NCBI GenBank assembly: GCA_964016885.1
Contig: OZ024740.1
Coordinates: 281,728,001-281,792,000, forward strand
Length of the DNA stretch: 64,000 bases
Source of the DNA: Eledone cirrhosa
Lineage: Eukaryota
Direction of reading: 5' to 3'
A program made the translations under genes and the position numbers. The notes under the pieces are model-generated. The model was not told where the DNA came from. It saw nothing but the letters and a program-made list of their open reading frames with translations, and searched no databases. This document shows, in pieces, positions 53,174-64,000 of this stretch. How positions within the stretch are numbered: position 1 is the stretch's first letter; each line of letters begins with the position of its first letter.

Positions 53174-54924
53174 ATAAGTATGTACACGTACATACATATA
53201 TGTATACAGACGTACAGTAGTATGTATATATATATATATATACATACATGCACATATATATATATGTACGTATGGATTCACCGAAAATTTATTATAATAC
53301 TCGGTGTGTTTGTAAACAAACATCCCGTATTAAGCCGTAGTGTCCAGCAACCATCGTTGCTCGTTTGTTCAACACTGACAAAGGAACGCTGTACTAGTTC
53401 AAGTTTATTATCTATCGTCAGCAACGTATACCTTCCTGCCAGATTGTTGAACGTATATACTTAACTTATGCATATTAACAGCTTAGTAGCCCAATTTGCA
53501 TATCGAGTGGGTTAATCGGCCGGGTGCACCAAAAACGATAAACGGAAAAAATGAAACGAAATTTCATTTCCCACTCTTAGTACGGCTGTTACTTAAATAT
53601 AAGTATGTACACGTACATACATATATGTATACAGACGTACAGTAGTACGTATATTTATATACATACATGCACACATATATATATGTACGTATGGATTCAC
53701 CGAACATTTTCGTATTAAACGAAATTTCATTTCCCACTCTTATTACGGCTGTTATTTAAATATAAGTATGGACACGTACATGCATATATTTATACAGACG
53801 TACAGTAGTATGTATATATATATACATACATGCACATATATATATATATGTACGTATGGAATCACCGAATATGCATAAGGTAAGTATATACGTTCAACAA
53901 ACTGGCAGGAAGGTATACGTTACTGAACGATAGCTAATAAGCTTGAAACTAGTACAGCGTTCCTTTGTCAGTGTTGAACAAACGAGCAACGATGGTTGCT
54001 GGACACTACGGCTTAATACGGGATGTTTGTTTAAAAATACACCGAGCATTATAATAAATGTTCGGTAAATCCATACGTACATATATATATGTGTGCATGT
54101 ATGTATATATATATACATACTACTGTACGTCTGTATACATATATGTACGTACGTGTACATACTTATATTTAAGTAACAGCCGTACTAAGAGTGGGAAATG
54201 AAATTTTGTTCATTTTTTCCATATATATATATATATATTATATATGTATACACACTGTACTAGTTTCAAGCTTATTAGCTATCGTCAGCAACGTATACCT
54301 TCCTGTCAGATTGTTGGACGCATATACTTATCTTATGCATATTAACGGCTGAGTAGCCCAATTTGCATATCGAGTGGGTTAATCGGCCGGGTGCACCGAA
54401 AACGGTAAACGGAAAAAATGAAACGAAATTTCATTTCCCACTTTTAGTACGGCTGTTACTTAAATATAAGTATGTACACGTACATGCATATATGTATACA
54501 GACGTACAGTAGTATGTATATATATATACATACATGCAGACATATATATATGTACGTATGGATACACCGAACATTTATTATAATGCTCGGTGTATTTGTA
54601 AACAAACATCCCTTATTAAGCCGTAGTGTCCAGCAACCATCGTTGCTCCTTTGTTCAACACTGACAAAGGAACGCTGTACTGGTTTCAAGCTTATTAGCT
54701 ATCGTCAGTAACGTATACCTCCCCGCCAGATTGTTGAACATATATACTTACCTTATGCATATTCGGTGAATCCATACGTACATATATATATATGTGCATG
54801 TATGTATATATTTATATACATACTACTGTACGTCTGTATACATATATGTATGTACGTCTACATACTTATATTTAAGTAACAGCCGTAATAAGAGTGGGAA
54901 ATGAAATTTTGTTCATTTTTTCCA
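53174..54924 (-). repeat. Rearranged array of 420-bp HHR-containing units (subfamily A) with inversions
   Basis: HHR motifs at 53386-53427 (-), 53917-53960 (+), 54255-54294 (-) and 54672-54714 (-). Confidence 0.9.
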
Positions 54925-55189
54925 TATATATATATATTATATATGATATATATATATATAATATATATATAATATAATATATATATATATAATATATATA
55001 TAATATATATATATAATATATATATATAATATATATATATAATATATATATATTATATATAATATATATATATATATATATAATATATATATATATAATA
55101 TATATATAATATATATATATAATATATATATATATAATATAATATATATATATAATATTATATATATATATAATATATATATATATATA

Positions 55190-56783
55190 TAAACGTTAGA
55201 ATATGTGTAATAAGGCCAAGACAATGCAGATATGGACATAGAGAAAAGAATACAATAGTGAGAGATATTGATGAGAATTCGTCTTTCACCTTGAATTTAT
55301 TTAAATGTCCTTAATTTTCGAGATAATATCTCTTCTTCGGAGGGAAGTAAAAGTCTCAGACCAGCGTCTAAATTTCTAATGAAGCCATGCTGACCGGAAA
55401 TAGTATAGAGTTCTAACTTTAATATCAAAGAATTAAAATTAGGTGGGTAAAGAGTAGTCTCCCTTTAAGAGGGGTTTGTTTATGTTTTTGTTGTGTTTTT
55501 TTTAATTTTATATGCGTGCCTGTATATGTGTGTGGGAGAAAGCATGAAGGTGTAGGTATGTGGGTGTGTGTGTGTGAGTGTGGGAAGATAGGTCTAATCG
55601 TAAAAGTGGGGGGTAGGTGTTATCTGGTGTTAGAACTGGTTTTGTGTGTGTATGTGTGAGAGAGAATAAGTGGAGGTGTGCTCGTGCGTGTGTGTGGGGT
55701 GTGTAAAGTGGGGCTAGAGGCCCTATCAGGTTATAAATTGGGTGTTGAGCTCTAGTCTATTATTGATTGGTGGATGTGTTCTATCTATAATGAGTGCTTC
55801 CTTGATTCTAAGATTGCCGAGGTTTCTTTCCTTAGTTTCTATCCTAACTGTTATGTTTTTATCAGTGTTTTTGCATTTAACTAGGTGTTTCTTAAATGAG
55901 GAGGCGTTAGTATTGAGGTGTTCTTTTATTCTTATGTGGAGTGGTCTGGTGGTGCTACCTACGTAGAAGTTGTTGCATTTGTCACACTCTAGTCTGTAAA
56001 CTACGTAAGCCTGGTGGCATAGGTCTGTGTCGTTGATGGGGCAGTTGGCTAGTCTGCAGCAGTTGTCATGTCTGGTGGAGTGTCTCTTAGCTAGCCGTCC
56101 ACGCAAAGAAGGACCCGAATGGGCCAGTTGAATATCCAGACCTTCTCGTCTGATGGCTCTGCGGATGGCTGTTGTTGTTTCTTCACTGAAGTGTGGGAGC
56201 TTCAGGAAGCAAGTGTTAGTGCCTCGGGTGTGGTGTCCTCTGTTCTTTCTGGCACGGTTTGTGGTGGATGTCGTGTATCCGTTCAGTTTGAGTACTTCCA
56301 GGAAATGTGTGGTGTGTGTGTCTCGGTCTCTAGCGTCGGTGCATTTGTTCTTGATACGTGCCTGTTCGTTCTTTATGTATCCGAACTTGGCACCGAGTGG
56401 GAGGGCCGATCTGAAATGTACGAACAGGTCCCTGCTGGCGGATTTTTTATAGAAGCAGGTGTGGATGTTGCCTTCCTCTGTTACCCTGAGTTGGAAGTCC
56501 AGCAGGGATAGGGATCCGCGGTCATCGGGGTGTTCTATGCTGAACTTTATACTGGCGTCCATGCTGGAGAATGTTGTGTATATTTTCTCTGCCTCCTCAC
56601 GGGATGATGTAAGGATGAGTATATCATCTACATATCGGGTGAAGAAGGCATGGGAATGGCAGGTGTTGAGGGCTCGGCATTCTAGCTGGTTCATGTAAGT
56701 GATGGCCAGCAGGCCAGAGAGGCTGGATCCCATGGGTAATCCTGTTGTCTGTCTGTATGTGTGGTGGTGGAAGGTGAAGTACG
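55190..56783 (-). mobile_element. 5'-truncated Penelope/Poseidon-type PLE with 3' tail, bounded by (TA)n
   Basis: Contains the ORF below. The tail has an HHR-like motif CCT-CCGAAGA-aGAGATattATCTC-GAAA-AT-TA-AGG at ~55309-55343. Confidence 0.88.
55726..56783 (-). pseudogene. PLE RT C-terminal half + GIY-YIG endonuclease (open frame, 5'-truncated)
   Basis: GLPMGSSLS, RYVDD, LLDF, and YVVYRLECDKCNNFYVGSTTRPLHIRIKEH..KEALII..IN. Confidence 0.92.
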
Positions 56784-56832
56784 TATATATATATATTATT
56801 ATCATTATGTAATAAACAACATACGGCAATTA

Positions 56833-56892
56833 TTCCATTTACCAGTGGTTTCTAAAAAGCAAAAGGTTTTGCTTTCAATCCTCAGAACGGAA
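56833..56892 (-). ncRNA. Type I HHR; decayed homolog at 59385-59443
   Basis: TTCCGTT-CTGAGGA-ttGAAAGCAAAAccTTTTGCTTTTta-GAAA-CCACTGG-TA-AATGGAA. Confidence 0.85.
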
Positions 56893-57178
56893 AAATCATG
56901 GTTTGTTTATTGAATTTGGATTACAAACAAAAATGCAATCTATATGAAAGTGAGGCTGGAGAAGGGAGAAGGAAAGGAAAAATAAAATAAAATAAAACTA
57001 CGCATGCAAACACACACACAAAAAAACCCAAAAGCATACTTACACACACATACATATATACACATATATATATGTACGCATACATATATACATATACACA
57101 TATATATAAAACGTACACTTACATACACAAACACATATATACACACATATACACATACAAACATTAATACATATACAC

Positions 57179-57210
<32 letters not shown>

Positions 57211-57528
57211 GCATATCCACACACATATATATATATGTACATATATATATATATATATATATACATATATATACATATACACACATACACACACACACAA
57301 ATACACATGTGTGTGTACAAGCATACACCGATACATGACCCAGCTAACAGGACAGACACGCGTGGTAAGTAATACACACAAAAGCACGTATACATACGTA
57401 CGAAATAGTAAACACATACACACACTCTCATACATAAATATACATAAACACATACATATACATATACATACACAAACACGCACACGTATACATATTAAAC
57501 ACACACACATATGTATATGTAATTATAT

Positions 57529-58924
<1,396 letters not shown>

Positions 58925-59044
58925 CAAAAATATAAACGCACACACACACACACGCATATACGTAAACACACATATACATACATAGCTAAACAATTATACA
59001 CATGCAAATACGGATATATCAAAAACTCGCACAACCAAATACAA

Positions 59045-59108
<64 letters not shown>

Positions 59109-59171
59109 CCACACACACACATATATATATATATATACATTAAAAAATAATAAATATACACACACATATAC

Positions 59172-59237
<66 letters not shown>

Positions 59238-59527
59238 ACACATACGTACATATACACATATGCATACACATACACACACACATATACATGTGTGTATGTG
59301 TAAAACTCAGTATTAGAAAAGACAAATGAACCTTACATAAACGTATATATAGTAGTAAAGTAATAAAGCAACATAAGGCAATTATTCCATTCACCAGAGG
59401 TTTCTTAAAAGCAAAAAATGTTTCCTTCAGTCTTCAGAATGAAAAAAATGAAAATGAAAAAAACCTCGTCTATCCACATATACATACATATACACACACA
59501 AATATACATATATATACACATACACAT

Positions 59528-59584
<57 letters not shown>

Positions 59585-59695
59585 CATATATATATATATA
59601 CATATATATGTAGGAGGTGAGTTTTATTGTAGTACAATAAAGCAATGCAGATATCGGATAAGAAGCACTCTACAGTTTGTAGGACTGGAGTATAC

Positions 59696-60498
59696 ATAAT
59701 ATAAGATCAAAAGATGGTTAAAGGAGTTCCATGTATTTTATTATGCGCATTTCAAAAACAAACATCATCATGCAATAATATTTGTGTTTTCATCAGATAA
59801 AACAGGAGAACATGATATGAAGGCTAAAAAACACTTGTGGATAGTGCAGTTTTAAATCAACATATGAAAAGTGGTTTTAGATTGATGTGTGATATTGGGA
59901 AAAATATTTTATTTAGAGAGGGTGGGTGGACAGGATAAAAAAGGGGAGGAGATGAGAGGGAGAGATGGGTGATAGAGAGAAAGAGATAGTTTTTATAACT
60001 CAGAGGAGATATATTGTTTTACATAGAGAGGTTGAAAACCGTTGGAAGATAATGTATAAATTAAAAAAATTTGAAAATTAACGAAGGGAGGATATGTGCG
60101 ATATCGTTAATTTTCAAATTTTTTTAATTTATACATTATCTTCCAACGGTTTTCAACCTCTCTATGTAAAACAATATATCTCCTCTCAGTTATAAAAACT
60201 ATCTCTTTCTCTCTATCACCCATCTCTCCCTCTCATCTCCTCCCCTTTTTCATCCGGTCCACCCCCCCCCCCCCTCTCTAAATAAAATATTTTTCCCAAT
60301 ATCACACATCAATCTAAAACCACTTTTCATATGTTGATTTAAGACTGCACTATCCACAAGTGTTTTTTAGCCTTCATATCATGTTCTCCTGTTTTATCTG
60401 ATGAAAACACAAATATTATTGCATGATGATGTTTGTTTTTGAAATGCGCATAATAAAATACATGGAACTCCTTTAACCATCTTTTGATCTTATATTAT
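59696..60498. repeat. ~800-bp inverted repeat (~390-bp arms, 19-bp spacer) of a PLE-type tail
   Basis: 59696-60084 versus 60104-60498, nearly identical. Confidence 0.92.
60390..60460 (+). ncRNA. Type I HHR; mirror copy 59734-59804 (-)
   Basis: TGTTTTAT-CTGATGA-AAACACAAATATTATT-gcat-GATGATGTTTGTTTTT-GAAA-TGCGCA-TA-ATAAAATA. Confidence 0.9.
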
Positions 60499-60548
60499 AT
60501 ACATATATATATACACACAAAAATACATACACATACGCATAGGTATGT

Positions 60549-63500
60549 AAAGGAACGCTGTACTAGTTCAAGCGTATAAGCTATCGTCAACAACGTATAC
60601 CTTCCTGTCAGATTGTTGAACGTATATAATTACCTTATGTATATTAACGGCTGAGTAGCCCAATTTGCATATCGAGTGGGTTAATCGGCCGCGTGCACTG
60701 AAAACAATAAACGGAAAAAATGAAACGAAATTTCATTTCCCACTTTTAGTACGGCTGTTACTTAAATATAAGTATGTACACGTACATGCATATATTTATA
60801 CAGACGTACAGTAGTATGTATATATATATACATACATGCACATATATATATATGTACGTATGGATTCACCGAACATTTATTATAATACTCGGTGTGTTTG
60901 TAAACAAACATCCCGTATTAAGCCGTAGTGTCCAGCAACCATCGTTGCTCGGTTGTTCAACACTGAATAAAGGAACGCTGTATAAGTTTAAAGCTTATTA
61001 GCTATCGTCAGCAACGTATACGTTCCTGGCAGATTGTTGAACGTATATAATTACCTTATGTATATTAACGGCTGAGTAGCCCAATTTGCATATCGAGTGG
61101 GTTAATCGGCCGGGTACACCGAAAACGATAAACGGAAAAAATGAAACGAAATTTCATTTCCAACTCTTAATACGGCTGTTACTTAAATATAAGTATGTAC
61201 ACGTACATATATATATGTATACACACGTACAGTAGTATGTATATTTATATACATACATGGACACATATGTATATGTACGTATGGATTCACCGAACATTTA
61301 TGATAATACTCGGTGTGTTTGTAAACAAACATCCCGTATTAAGCCGTAGTGTCCAGCAACCATCGTTGCTCGTTTGTTCAACACTGACAAAGGAACGCTG
61401 TACTAGTTTCAAGCTTATTAGCTGTCGTCAGCAACGTATACATTCCTGCCAGATTGTTGAACGTATATACTTTCCTTATGCATATTAACGGCTGAGTAGC
61501 CCAATTTGCATATCGAGTGGGTTAATCGGCCGGGTGCACCGAAAACGATAAACGGGGAAAATGAAACGAAATTTCATTTCCCACTCTTAGTACGGCTCTT
61601 ACTTAAATATAAGTATGTACACGTACATACATATATGTATACAGACGTACAGTAGAATGTATATATATATACATACATGCACATATATATATATATGTAC
61701 GTATGGATTCACCGAACATTTATTATAATGCTCGGTGTGTTTGTAAACAAACATCCCGTATTAAGCCGTAGTGGCCAGCAACACTCATTGCTCGTTTGTT
61801 CAACATTGACAAAGGGACGCTGTACTAGTTTAAAGCATATTAGCTATCGTCAGAAACGTATACCTTCCTGCCAGATTGTTGAACGTATATACTTACGTAT
61901 GGATTCACCGAATATGCATAAGGTAAGTATATACGTTCAACAATCTGGCAGGAAGGTATACGTTACTGACGATAGCTAATAAGCTTGAAACTAGTACAGC
62001 GTTCCTTTGTCAGTGTTGAACAAACGAGCAACGATGGTTGCTGGACACTACGGCTTAATACGGGATGTTTGTTTACAAATACACCGAGCATTATAATAAG
62101 TGTTCGGTGAATCCATACGTACATATATATATGTGTGCATGTATGTATATATATATACATACTACTGTACGTCTGTATACATATATGTACGTACGTGTAC
62201 ATACTTACATTTAAGTAACAGCCGTACTAAGAGTGGGAAATGAAATTTTGTTCATTTTTTCCATATATATATATATATTATACATAATATATATATATAT
62301 AATATATATATAATATATATATTATATATAATATATATATATATATATATAATATATATATAATATAATATATATATATAATATTATATATATATATAAT
62401 ATATATATAATATATATATATATATATTATATATATATATATAATATATATATATATAATATATATATATATATAATATATATATAATATATATATATAT
62501 ATAATATATATATATATATATAAATATATATGTACGTATGGATTCACCGAACATTTATTATAATGCTCGGTGTGTTTGTGAACAAACATCCCGTATTTAG
62601 TGTTAGTGTCCAGCAACCATCGTTGCTCGTTTGTTCAACACTGAATAAAGGAACGCTGTACTAGTTTCAAGCTTATTAGCTATCGTCAGCAACGTATAAC
62701 TTCCTGCCAGATTGTTGAACGTATATACTTACCTTATACATATTAACGGCTGAGTAGACCAATTTACATATAGAGTGGGTTAATCGGCCGGGTGCACCGA
62801 AAACGATAAACGAAAAAAATGAAACGAAATTTCATTTCCCACTTTTAGTACGGCTGTTACTTAAATATAAGTATGTAGACGTACATACATATATGTATAC
62901 AGACGTACAGTAGTATGTATATATATATACATACATGCACACATAATTATATGTACGTATGGATTCACCGAACATTTATTATAATGCTCGGTGTGTTTGT
63001 AAACAAACATCCCGTATTAAGCCGTAGTGTCCAGCAACCATCGTTGCTCGTTTGTTCAACACTGACAAAGGAACGCTGTACTAGTTTCAAGCTTATTAGC
63101 TATCGTCAGCAACGTATACATTCCTGCCAGATTGTTGAACGTATATACTTACCTTATGCATATTAACAGCTTAGTAGCCCAATTTGCATATCGAGTGGGT
63201 TAATCGGCCGGGTGCACCGAAAACGATAAACGGGGAAAATTAAACGAAATTTCATTTCCCACTCTTAGTACGGCTGTTACTTAAATATAAGTATGTACAC
63301 GTACATACATATATGTATACAGACGTACAGTAGTATGTATATATATATACATACATGCACATATATATATATATGTACGTATGGATTCACCGAACATTTA
63401 TTATAATGCTCGGTGTATTTGTAAACAAACATCCCGTATTAAGCCGTAGTGTCCAGCAACTCTCGTTGCTCGTTTGTTCAACACTGACAAAGGAACGCTG

Positions 63501-64000
63501 TACTAGTTTAAAGCATATTAGCCCTCGTCAGAAACATATACCTTCCTGCCAGATTGTTGAACGTATATACTTACATTTTGCATATTAACAGCTGAGTAGC
63601 CCAATTTGCATATCGAGTGGGTTAATCGGCTGGGTGCACCGAAAACGATAAACGGAAAAAATGAAACAAAATTTCATTTCCCTCTCTTAGTACGGCTCTT
63701 ACTTAAATATATGTATGTACACGTACATATATATATGTATACAGACGTACAGTAGTATGTATATATATATACATACATGCACACAAATATATATGTACGT
63801 ATGGATTCACCGAACATTTATTATAATGCTCGGTGTGTTTGTAAACAAACATCAAGTATTAAGCCGTACTGTGGAGCAACAATCGTTGCTCGTTTTTTCA
63901 ACAATGACAAAGGAACGCTGTACTAGTTTCATGCTTAATAGCTATCGTCAGCAACGTATACCTTCCTGCCAGACTGTTGAACGTATATACTTAGCTTATG
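60549..64000 (-). repeat. Tandem array of 420-bp HHR units (subfamily A), running off the window end
   Basis: HHR motifs start at 60555, 60975, 61395, 61817, 61960 (inverted), 62653, 63073, 63495 and 63915. Confidence 0.95.
63073..63115 (-). ncRNA. Intact minimal type I HHR (subfamily A); also intact at 62653-62695 and 61395-61437
   Basis: Minus strand ACGTTG-CTGACGA-tAGCTaataAGCTt-GAAA-CTAG-TA-CAGCGT. Confidence 0.92.

Overview
AT-rich eukaryotic DNA packed with repeats. The SINE families and the extreme (TA)n/(CA)n/(TACA)n content suggest an octopus-like coleoid cephalopod, which is an inference. No host gene could be supported, and most ORFs in the track are microsatellite artefacts. The window holds a complete but decayed hAT transposon, deleted mariners, Helitron remnants, RTE/CRE/R4-like LINE relics and tRNA-derived SINEs. 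It also holds several Penelope-like elements (PLEs), one with an uninterrupted 789-aa RT + GIY-YIG ORF. The main signal is RNA structure. Dozens of type I hammerhead ribozyme (HHR) motifs from more than 10 distinct families sit in small modules bounded by (TA)n, many of them folded back into long inverted repeats. From about 53.2 to 64 kb there are tandem arrays of 420-bp and about 475-bp non-coding units. Each unit carries a minimal HHR with a palindromic stem III, and the two subfamilies show compensatory base changes. This is a candidate retrozyme (circular RNA) system interleaved with PLEs that could mobilise it. All structures were paired by eye and none was computed.
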